This document shows, one piece after another, positions 11,342-22,371 of a DNA stretch of 64,000 nt. Position 1 is the stretch's first letter; each line of letters starts with the position of its first letter. The notes below the pieces were generated by a model. The model was not told the DNA's origin. It did no database searches and worked only from the letters and a program-made list of their open reading frames with translations. The stretch is from the NCBI GenBank assembly GCA_052327205.1, contig CM126210.1, positions 57,350,001 to 57,414,000 of the forward strand, read 5' to 3'. The DNA comes from Somniosus microcephalus (lineage: Eukaryota). A program made the translations under genes and the position numbers.

Positions 11342-14300
11342 GTGGGTGGGGTGGCAGAACATACCCTAATCTATGAATGCTATCCACATTTAGAAACTGC
11401 TTTTGGTGTGGGGCTCTAGCAGGAGGTCAGAAACATTTCCTGAAGCAGAGAACATCCATCTGCCAGCCATCACAAATATGTAAAAGCACAGCCTAGTTGG
11501 TTGAGATTTAACCAAAAGGTACTAGCAATGATATTTATTCTGCAAATTATACTTATTCAGAGAGAATTTATCTCACTCTATGAAGATGAAGTGTATTTCA
11601 CTTTTTTTTAAAAATCTTTAAAGGTCCACAAATGGCGATTGAGTGTCTGGCATTACATGTGCTTTTTACTAAATGCATTTGAAGTTTGAGTATTGGATTA
11701 CTGAGTGTGAAAGCAAAAAAAAATCTTTTGGTCCAAGAATTTCTGATTAGCTTTGATTGATAGAGCTGATCATGTTATATTAACTTGAAGCTATCTTTAT
11801 AAGGAACAGACACAGGTATCCATTCTCAAAAACAATTCAGCTAAACTGTCTCAAATCTGATTGCAAACAAGATGTTCAACACAGTCTCTTACATAAGCCC
11901 ACATGTGAACTATACAAAAATAATCTGTTTTGATTTTTATGTGTAAGAAGCAGCTCAGACATTTTCATTCTTTATGGCGATATTGCTCATCACATGTACA
12001 ATTTGGCAGTAACTGTGCAAGGTTCTGCTTGAGAGGTGAGAACTTGCTATACAGGGGCTTTAACGCTAATCCTGTGATCTGCACTCCTGTCCAGCAAGGT
12101 TCCACATCAGGAGCAAAGCCTTGCAAAATGACCCTATGAAGTAAAAATGCCACTGAACGCATCGATATAGAATAACTTAATGTGGCAGGCGCAGTTGTAA
12201 ATTCAGTTAAATTGAACTTGTTTAAAAAGTTTGGAATTTTAAAACGGTATGACTAAATTTTCAGATTTTCGGGCTATGTTTTATCTTGAATTTGGATCAG
12301 TGAGCAAAATTTTCTAAAGTCAAAAATAAAACAATATAAGAAAACTTTCGGCCTAATCTAGTTTTATCAGAGAAACTATTTTGGAAGGAAATTGAAGGAA
12401 ATAATAAATGCTAACAACTAGTTACAACCAGCATTATCTGCATCCTCATCCTCTTTCACCATGAAGTTCGTTCAATCATTTGTACATGACACAGAAACTG
12501 GAAGGCATGCACTGAAATGATGCTGCCCATCAGTATCGGGAGAAAAAGAAAAGTGGCTGCGTGCCTCAAACCAAGACTACAGTGTTGAAGTTTCTGGATG
12601 ATTTTGTGATTTATCAGGTTAAACCCTACAATCATACGGCTTAACTACAATTCTACAATTAAATTCTATAGAAAATAATAAGCTTTGGATTAGAGAACAA
12701 AACAAGCGACACCACATAAATATGCTGTTGTTTTGCTGTCTGTTTCTTTTTTCATTAATTCCAATTCTAAGGAATTTATTTTAGTTTCACTCTTGAGGCT
12801 CTCCTGGCGTCCCACTCCATAGCCTGCTCCGTATGTCGTCGCTGGGATGTGCACAGGTGCAGTGACTGCTTTTCTGCCACTCCAATGGCAAAGAACTGTG
12901 ATTGGCACCTCTCTGCACAACAGGGACAGTGATCAAAGATTCACCAAGTAATAAATTGCGCCTAAAAGCCTGCATCCTGCAATCAGAGGGTAAGACATTT
13001 AAGGGCAGGAAAATGCAAATAAAGCCAAAAAAGCTTGTCCCTTTTTTAATATATCAACCCCATTTACCTGCCTTCTCACCATATCCCTCAATCCTTTCAA
13101 TCTCCAGAAACCTAGCTACAGTAAATGCTTTTTGACCCATATATAGAGTCTGACTCTGGCCTTCCTTGATAACTTATTCTGCAACTCGTTGTGTAAATAT
13201 ATTAGTCTAGATTTTCTAATTCCCATTATTTTAATGGTAGCTTCATTTATTTTCGAATAAAGCCAATTGGAAAATCTAGGCTATCCAGTCTGACTTCAGT
13301 TTTTACTCCTTTTTGATTTGTGTTGCTTGTTGCACCAACCCTACACTGTACTGAACAATTTGCTTGGATCAACTTCATTCATTTCCTTCATTATCTTGAA
13401 AACCTCAAAGCCTTCTCTTAAGCAAGCTTGGAACTCCATGTTGTGTGCTGTTTAATAAGAACAAGTCTTTTTTCAAATCACTATAACTGAGGACTCAGTT
13501 CATTTAATAGTAAAATATGAAATATTGGGAAATGCTTAAAAATCCAATACTCTAACCTTAAAGAGTAATTTAGAAAGTGAGAAGAAATAATTTAAGAAAC
13601 CCTTGATTTTGGTTGCTGCGGAAGTTGCTTTGTAACACGCCCATGCATGTACTGCCATTGACAATCAATGGGAGGCTGAGAGGGCTGGAAAACTTTGACT
13701 TGGCCTGGACAGAGTGAGCTTTTTGTTTTCACTTGCACTCTCATTGTTTCAGTACCAGTCCTGGCCCTTCCCACTGCTGTCTGACCTAAGAGACAAAATG
13801 GTCCCTTTTATTTTCTACATTAAGTTAACTTAATACATTACACTCCATGTAAAACAAATAAATGTGCTTAAAATAAATTGCATTGTAAACATTTTGGGAC
13901 TCTGGTCAGATGACAGAAAGACTACTTTGTGATGGGGTCTGTGGCCATGGTCTAACCTTGGTCTCACACACCGTACAGTGCAATAATACTATTCTTGTAA
14001 TATTCAAGGTAGCTTGAACAAACAAACTGTCACACTGTAAGAGTAATCATGTTCTTTATGGAGGAGATGACACTTGTACACTTTTCAATAAATGCTTGGA
14101 TTCCACTTATTCCCTAACTGCCTTCCTGCTTGAGCTCCACAGATGAACTGCTGTAGAGCAGCACATACCCATAGACACAAGATTTCTGAGTGATTGCAAC
14201 CTGCATGGCTTTGCTTTACCTAATGTAGACTGCATGGCCTCTGGACTTGTCCATGTGTGAAGAGAAAGCTAGTGCCTTTCCAATTATTTTGAATCATAAT

Positions 14301-14600
14301 AGTACATATTAAATGTGTGTCACACAACCAGACCAGTCCCTTAACACTTTATTTTGGTTACAGGCTGTTTTGGTGCTCATGGTTTGCATGCATCTCAAGG
14401 AGTGTCTCATACTTTAAAAACATAAAAGTGATGACCAGAAAGGGAGGTTGCAAAGGCCACTGAATGGAATCACACTTTTAAGTTCTTGTTTCATAAAAGT
14501 TTTGCTTTATAGCTGCAGCATTGCTAGTGTTGACTAATGTTCTCGTTAACAAACATTAATACTGCCATTGTATTTTTATTTTTGGCATCTTAACCAACAG

Positions 14601-14754
14601 ATTATCGGGGTAGCAGTAGAGAAAGTAGATCAAGCACACTAACTGTACCAGATCAGCAGAGAACGCCACACCATCGTTCGCGCTCTGTCTCTCCTCACCG
14701 TGGTGACGACCAGGGCAGGACCCGGTCACGTTTACCCAGTGTCCCACTACAGAG
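14601..14754 (+). CDS. RIMS1: RIMS1 coding exon, 154 nt, phase 1 to 2
   Basis: aacAG|AT TAT...CAG AG|GTgtgt; (D)YRGSSRESRSSTLTVPDQQRTPHHRSRSVSPHRGDDQGRTRSRLPSVPLQ. Confidence 0.95.
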
Positions 14755-15060
14755 GTGTGTTTTCATTATTCTTGCTGCTTTTTTTTTAAACTGTAAGCAG
14801 AAAGTGGTTAATGTTTAATCTTCGCTCCTGCGTTTGTCAATTAGATGATTTGTTTTGATTGAAAACTGGTCATTTCTTGCCTGGATTTTCAGGAACATTG
14901 GGGAAAAAGGCAAGCTTTTTTGATCTATATTGGCTTTTGTGCTTTGTGATTTTCTTGTACTAAATTGTTTTCCATCAAGTTGAATGGTTTCGTGGACAAA
15001 ATTTCCACCTGTAATATAGTTTTGACAATCCTCTACCGAATTGTAAACCTTTCTTTGTAG

Positions 15061-15186
15061 GAGTTTAGACGAAATCCATCAAAGTCGACGATCTCGTTCT
15101 CCCACCCGATACCAAGATGCCTCTCACAGTCCAGTCGAGCGCAGGCCCAGGGACAGAGACAGTCATTACATATATGAAAGAGACAG
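15061..15186 (+). CDS. RIMS1: RIMS1 coding exon, 126 nt, phase 2-2
   Basis: ctttgtAG|G AGT...GAC AG|GTac; (R)SLDEIHQSRRSRSPTRYQDASHSPVERRPRDRDSHYIYERD. Confidence 0.94.
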
Positions 15187-15544
15187 GTACAGTGTTCAGC
15201 AAAATTATTCAATTCTGCTGTTGTCACAAACTTTGTATGTAGATTTCTTTGTGTCATTTTTCTTTTTGGTGGTGTTTGAAAATAATTCCACAGATAGAAA
15301 ATAATTCCACTGATCTAAACCTCCACTTCTGCAATAATATTTTGAGAGGTGATTAAGCTATAAAGTACCTGAATCATTTAACAGCTGAATTCTGCCATGG
15401 CCATTTCACCTCTGAACTTTCTTCTCTGTTTGTTCCAAGCTCCAAATACTGTACACCATCTGACATATTCTCCAATTCCCCACTACCCTGCATTCTTACC
15501 TTGTTAAAATCTGGCTGGTATTTAACGACTTAAGGAACAGTTGA

Positions 15545-15979
15545 AACTGTGGACTCCCACTCCTGCAGGTAGTAAATTGTTCCTAGAGGCTTTTTAAATT
15601 TAGAATTTTTTTCTTACTTTTCCTTTCTGTCTCTTTTTCCTTTCTTTCTTAATCCAATCTTTCTTTCCCTCTCTTTATTTCTCTTCCCATATCTAATTTG
15701 ACTCTAATTCATCCTATTTCCTTCTCCGTTGTTTCTGTTTCTTTCTATATCCTTAAATTTCATTGGTTAAGGTTGGCCCCGCCGTTCACCAAGGTCCCAG
15801 ATGCCCGGTTGACCTTGCACTTTGAGAGGTGATTACATTATAAAGTAACTGAATCATTTAACAGTTGCTAACTTGCACTTCCAGCAAGTTGCGGCACAAA
15901 AAAATGTTGAGTTGAAGGGTGAGGAAAAAATCCAACTCCCCATGCTGCGAGATGCCCCACTCCAGCAAATACTGGGCCC
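15545..15979. mobile_element. MITE remnant related to 58584-59325
   Basis: Ends cagcaaatactgggcc, the same GGCC..ATTTGC TIR type; T-rich core. Confidence 0.5.
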
Positions 15980-16524
15980 ATGAGTCTACGCTACTTCATT
16001 CATTCCTGGCATCTCAAAATGATGCAACTTTTTCTCTACTTCAGTTTTACCTTTCTCCTTTGATCTCCAATAATCCCCACTTCTTGATTTATCTTCTTCC
16101 CCCCCTGGTCTTTTCACCATGTTGCTGTCCTGCATTAGGGGCTTTTGCTCTTCGCTTAGGGTTCTCAATAAAAAAAAAGTGCAGAGGCTGTAACTAAGAA
16201 AAAGACTGATTTTAAGATAGAGAAGGTGCGTCTTTTTAAGATTTTTATCTTGTTTTATTTACTTTTTCCTCATGCCATTTGATTGAGTCACCTATTTTAT
16301 TTTGCACTAATTTTGTGTTGTACTAATTTTGTGTATGTATAAAATTCTAATCTAAATACTGTATGTGGTATAAATAGAATGTTACTCAGCACGGAGATGT
16401 AATAAATATCTCAACAATTGAGACGTCCCAGATAACCCTGTGTACTGAGGGTTTGGGTAGACAACATGGTCTCATCTGTGAAGATTTTCACTTAATTTCA
16501 CTGCTGAGCAAAGAGATCCCAATA

Positions 16525-16905
16525 ATGCCTTTTCTGCCCACCTGACCTGAGACACTGACGCTTGCTGGGTTCAGTTCTACAGATGCTGGATGCCTTCCAA
16601 AACCTCAACCAAGTGGCCATTCTTCATTTGACAGCCTATACATTGAGTGCTGGCAAACTATTCTCTCATGGAGGGCTAATCCTGTTCTCAGACAACGTCC
16701 ACACTTGTGCACATGCTGCAGGAATCACTGGGCAATGACCAGGAACAGGAACCCGGGTAGATTTTCCAGCCCCTTGCCCTAGGTGAATGTTGCCGAGGTC
16801 AACAATAGCACCCATTCCACCATCCTTGGCTAACAAGATCAGCTAATTCAGCACAGACTGGGCCTCAAACCTAGGACTCTCCTGGACAAACCACAGTACC
16901 AGCTT
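16525..16905 (-). mobile_element. Ancient tRNA-derived SINE (family with copies at 48855, 51125, 52845, 54225, 58440, 63420)
   Basis: Reverse complement shares gtctgtgctga.ttagctgatct, gttcctg.tcctg and gaagaatggccacttgg with the other copies. Confidence 0.75.
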
Positions 16906-17671
16906 GGTGTGTGCCCTCCGTATCTGTGCACACATCTGGATATGTCCTGGTGATTGGGAATGCTGTCTTTGTTGCTGATGACCCTGGATATATCCTAGTC
17001 AGTAGGTGAATCAGTCAAAGACCATCAAAGTGTAGATCTGTGAGATAATGGCCAGCACTATTTTTCTGATGTTGAGAGGGAGGAGGTTAGGATCAGCACA
17101 GGCTAGATGGATCAAATCTAGAGGTGTCGTGAAAGAAATCATAGCAAGAAAATTAACAATATATTCTAAAATTCTCCTTGACCACGATATACAATATCAT
17201 TGTGATAGTGTTAATTAATCGTTCTAATTAAGTGTAGTTATTGGAAGACCAAAAGAGGCAAGGGCCTCGATATTAAACCCCTGCCACGACGAGCAGGAGA
17301 GGGTCAGGAGGTGAAATTGTGACCCCAATCCGCTGCCTATGCAGCCGCCGACATTTTAACGGCAGCGGATCTCGGGGCGTCTGAGTGGAGAGATGGGACA
17401 CTTACTATCACATTTAAATCAGGCTCCTACAATGCTATGGGAGGCCGAATTTAAATTAACCGTGCAGCATGGGTTACCCGGGAGTCAGATAGGTCGCCAG
17501 GGAATCTGAGGCGAGATTGCTCGGCACTTTATCGGGCTGGTTAGAGGTCAGGAGGCCCGATATCAATAAAGATTCAGTACTCACAGGTCCTTTCTCAGTT
17601 TCCTGTGTGACACGGTTTGGTGAGAGTACTTGGTGTGAGAGAGTGATTTGTGGAGTTTAGAGGTGTTCACA

Positions 17672-18455
17672 CAGTGGCAAGCAACATTTGCGCCACACAA
17701 GTGCCAGGCAATGACTATCTCCAACAAGTGAGAGTCTAACCATCGCCCCTTGACATTCAATGGCATTACCATCGCCGAATCCCCCACCATCAACATCCTG
17801 GGGTCACCATTGAACAAAAACTTAACTGGACCAGCCACAAATGTAGCCACAAGAGTATGTCAGAGGCTAGGTATTCTGTGGTGAGTGTCTCACCTCTTGA
17901 CTTCCCAAAGCCTTTCCAGCATCTACAAGGCACATGTCAGGAGTGTGATGGAATACTCTCCACTTGCCTGGATGAGTGCAGCTCCAACAACACTCAAGAA
18001 GCTTGACACCATCTAGGACAAAGCAGCCTGCTTGATTGGTACCCCATTCACCACCTTAAACATTCATTCCCTCCACCGCCGGTGCACCATAGCTGCAGTG
18101 TGTACCATCTACAAGATGCACTCGCCAAGGCTTCTTCGACAGCACCTCCCAAACCCATGACCTCTACCACCTAGAAGGACAAGGGCGGCAGTCGCTTGGG
18201 AACACCACCACCTGCAAGTCCCCCTCCAAGTTACACACCATCCTGACTTGGAAGTACATCGCTGATCCTTCATCATTGCTGGGTAACAATCCTGGAACTC
18301 CCTCCCTAACAGCACTGTGGGAGTACCTTCACCATAGGGACTGCAGTGGTTCAAGAAGGAGGCTCACCACCACCTTCTCAAGGGCAACTAAGGTTGGGCA
18401 ATATATACTGGCCTTGCAAGCATCACCCACATTCCAGGAACAAATATTTTTTTTA
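17672..18455 (+). mobile_element. 3' part of a non-LTR retrotransposon (CR1/L2-group family distinct from the HER1-like CR1), nested in the Harbinger
   Basis: Reads WQATFAPHKCQAMTISNK...INILG, IYKAHVRSVMEYSPLAW; 3' end shared with 26142-26430. Confidence 0.8.
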
Positions 18456-19069
18456 AAAAGCACGATGGGTGCCACCAGGGCTGCTCTCGATTGAGCTGAG
18501 GAAGAGGATGAGAATGAGGATCAACAGCAGCAAGGGTGTGCTGTGGAGGGAGCTACAGGTGGCCAGCAGAAAAGGAAGCAACAGAGGCTTGCAGAAGGAG
18601 CTACCCACCTAACAAGATTGACAGACATAGGTTCAGCTTCCTTGACCTGTCGGAGGAGCAGTGCTTCCCGAACTGAGAGTGACATGTCAGGTGATCGCAG
18701 ACATCTGCAACTTCTGAGAAGACGACCTGCTGGACCTGGCGGACACGCATTACAAGTAGCTGTGAAAGTAACTACCGCCCTTAATTTTTTTGCGTCCAGC
18801 TCCTTCCAGGCCACCGCCGGAGACACAGCAAGGGTGTTGCAGCCAGCTGTTCATAAATGCATAAGGCAGGTGACGGATGGATTGTTTGCCAGGGCTGAGA
18901 GGTATATAAACTTCCCTGTGATAACAATAGCCAGAATTAGCGGGCACTGGGATTCGCGTCTCTGGCTGGCTTACCACAGGTGCAGGGTGCCATCGAGTGC
19001 GCACACGTTGCAATTCGAGCATCCCCTGACCAACCAGGAGCATTCGTCAACCGCAAGGATTTCATTCAT

Positions 19070-19980
19070 AATAACATAAGAAATAGGAGCAGGAGTCGGC
19101 CATTTGGCCCTTCGAGCCTGCTCCACCATTCAATAAGATCATGGCTGATCATCTTCCTCATCTCCACTTTCCTGCACTATCTCCATATCCCTTGATTCCC
19201 TTTAATATTCAAAAGTCTATTGATCTCTGTCTTGAATATACTCAGCGACTGAGCCTCCACAGCTCCCTGGGGTAGAGAATTCCAAAGATTCACCGCCCTC
19301 TGAGTGAAGAAATTTCTCATCTCAGTCCTAAATGGCCGACCCCTTATTCTGAGACTGTGACCCCCGGTTCTAGACTCCCCAGCCAGGGGAAACATCCTCC
19401 TTGCATCTACCCAGTCAAGCCCTGTAAGAATTTTGTATGTTTCAATTAGGTCACCTCTCATTCTTCTAAACTCTAAATAGAGGCCTAGTCTACTCAATCT
19501 CTCCTCATAGGATAATCCCCCCACCCCAGGAACCAGTCTGGTGAACCTTCTTTGCACTCCCTCTATGGCAAGTATATCCTTCCTTAGGTAAGGAGACCAA
19601 AACTGTGCACAATACTCCAGGCGTGGTCTCACCAGGGCCCTATATAATTGCAGTAAGATGGCTTTACTCTTAAACGCAAATCGTCTTGTAATAAAGGCCA
19701 ACATACCATTTGCTTTCCCAATTACTTGCTGTACCTGCATGTTAACTTTCAGTGATTCATGTACAAGGACACCCAGGTCCCTCTGAACACCAACATTTCT
19801 CAATCTCTCACCATTTAAAAAATACTCTGCTTTTCTATTTTTCCTATCAAAGTGGATAACTTTACATTTCTCCTCTTTATATTCCATTTGCCATGTTCTT
19901 GCCCACTCACTTAGCTTGTCTATATCCCCTTGAAGCCTCCTTGCATCCTCCTCACAACTTACATTCCCACCCAGCTTTGT
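19070..19980 (-). mobile_element. CR1 LINE 3' fragment inserted in the transposase
   Basis: ORF 19177-20019 is CR1 ORF2 C-terminus; tail at 19070; ATTC occurs at both junctions. Confidence 0.95.
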
Positions 19981-20022
19981 AAAAAATTCCATCAATGTGC
20001 AGCTGGTGTGCAACCACAATAA

Positions 20023-21001
20023 AATATATTAATGATCTAGGCAAGGGAACTAGATGTAATATCTCCAAGTTTGCAGACGACACAAAGCTGAGTGGGCGTG
20101 TGTGCTGTGAGGAGGATGCCGAGAAACTCCAGGATGATTTGGACAGGTTGGGTGATTGGGCAGAAGCATGGCAGATGCAGTATAATGTGGATAAATGCGA
20201 GGTTATCCACTTTGGTGGCAAAAACAGGAAGGCAGATTATTATCGGAATGGCAATAGATTGGGAGAAGGGGAAGTGCAACGAGACCTGGGTGTCCTTGTG
20301 CACCAGTCGCTGAAGGTAAGCATGCAGGTGCAGCAGGCGGTTAAGAAGGCAAATGGTATGTTGGCCTTCGTAGCGAGAGGGTTTGAGTACAGGAACAAGG
20401 ATGTCTTGCTGCAGTTGTACAGGGCGTTGGTGAGACATCATCTTGAGTATTGTGTGCAGTTTTGGTCGCCTTATCTGAGGAAGGATGTTCTTGCCATGGA
20501 GGGAGTTCAGCGAAGATTCACCAGACTGATACCTGGGATGGCAGAAATGACGTATGAGGAGAGATTGGGTCGATTGGGCTTGTACTCACTGGAGTTTAGA
20601 AGAATGAGAGGGGATCTCATTGAAACTTACAAAATTCTGACAGGACTGGACAGACTAGATGTAGGAAGGATGTTCCCGATGGTCGGGGAGTCCAGAACCA
20701 GGGGTCACAGTCTCAGGATAAGGGGTAGGCCATTTAGGACAGAAATGAGGAGGAATTTCTTCACCCAGAGAGTGGTGAACCTGTGGAATTCTCTACCACA
20801 GAGGGCAGTAGAGGCCAATACATTAAATATATTCAGGAAGGAATTGGATATATTTCTTAATGCTAAAGGGATCAAGGGGTATGGGAAGAAAGCAGGGACC
20901 GGGTACTGAATTTGGATGATCAGCCGTGATTGCATTGAATGGCGGAGCAGGCTCGAGGGGCCGAATGGCCTACTCCTGCTCCTATCTTCTATGTTTCTAT
21001 G
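20023..21001 (+). mobile_element. Young CR1 LINE 3' fragment (intact frame) inserted in the transposase
   Basis: ORF to 20909 from YINDL to GTGY*; tail ttctatgtttctatg; TAAAA occurs at both junctions. Confidence 0.96.
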
Positions 21002-21709
21002 TAAAAGGTTCATGCAGGTCTGCGCCAGATTCCCTGGGAGCTGCCATGATGCTTTTGTACTGCGGCAGTCCAACATTCCTGATCTGAAACGATCCTTAAA
21101 GGTTGGCTGCTAGGTGACATGGGTTACCCCCTTCAAACCTGGCTGATGACACCTCTAAGGAACCCCACCAATGAACACCAGGAGCGGTGCAGCACAAGCC
21201 ATATGTGTCATCGAGCGAGCCATCGACATGCAGAAGCTGCACATCAGGTGCCTGGACAGTTTTGGAGGCACCCCTCAGTACTCACCAACGAGGGTCTCCA
21301 GGGTAATCGTGGTCTGCTGTGTTCTGCACAACATAGCGCAGCAGTGAGGACCAGAGGTGGAGGAGGAACAACCACTCATCACTCATCATCTGATGAGGAT
21401 TCCAATGGTGAGGAGGAAGATGGGGCCAATGCAAGACCAACCGATCACATTGCTGCTCGAGATGCCAGGGATGCCTTGATAGCTCGAACGTTCAGTTAGT
21501 CACTCAAACTGGACCAATGTCACAATAACATCCCTCTCCCCACCTCACGCAAGTAGTCCTGTAACCATCCATCGACTGTTTCCACATCCACCAGTTGGTG
21601 TCAGTCAAATCATCTCTCCACATTCAACACCAAACAAATGAAAAGCACAGTTGGCACTCGCCATTCAAGAATGGGGAGCATAGGAAAGTGGTGCGAATTC
21701 ATAAATTTA

Positions 21710-22339
21710 GGGGACTAAATTCGGTTGATTTGCGCCTCCCGTTAGCGCGCTCGCAAATCAACTAGCGCCTGGGCGTGGCAACGCTAATGCCTCCCGTGAA
21801 ATTCAGTGGAAGGTGAGTGGTGGCGGTAACCATTAGCGCCGTGCAGCGCTGCGCGGCCGGCGACAACGTCATCGCCCAGCGCTCCGCTCGCACCCCGGCT
21901 GTAATATTGGGTGGTGCCCGCCCCCCCCCCCGACTTACCGCTGGACACTATGTCTGCCGGGGCCAGGGGGTCCTACCTGCGTCTGGGGTGGCGCTAGTTA
22001 AAGGGGAGGTGGCGGGCAGCCATTTTTGTTGCAGGCTCCCTGCCAGCACCTGCCCCAGTTGCTGTCCCCGGCCCCCGTGAAGCCCCCTTGCGGGGTGCCG
22101 GCTGCTCTCCATGAGCCCGGCACTCCTCTTGAGTGCCGGGCTCGTTTGCCGGCACTCCCGATCCCTGGTGGCCCAGCTGGGCGCCGGGACGCGCTGCGCC
22201 AGGCCTCGCCCCTTTAATAAGGGGGCGCTTCCAGTATTGCTCCTCCTCCTTCTCGGGGCGCTACCTGGGAAAATCAGCTGCGGGGGCACGAACTTATTTT
22301 AGCACCCCGGCAAAGGTAGTGCTCCCCAAATTTTACCCA
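21710..22339. mobile_element. GC-rich Harbinger-type MITE nested between the two Harbinger genes
   Basis: Ends GGGGACTAAATTCGG / CCAAATTTTACCC, flanked by TTA (21707-09, 22340-42); related to 1-289. Confidence 0.75.
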
Positions 22340-22371
22340 TTAATGTCATGTAAAAAATTATCCTTGGTGAA

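Larger units (their letters stand above)
18465..21499 (+). pseudogene. HARBI1-like Harbinger DDE transposase, frameshifted and split by two CR1 insertions
   Basis: Segments VAVKVTTALNFFASSSFQ, QGAIECAHVAI..FVNRKDF, SINVQLVCNH (19988-20022), [47 protein letters not shown]. Confidence 0.92.

Noticed and set aside
14585-14600. U12-type branch-like motif TCTTAAC close to the acceptor (also TTTTAAC before 5696)
   Set aside because: The donor of this intron is GTGGGT, not GTATCCTT; the donor of the other intron is outside the window
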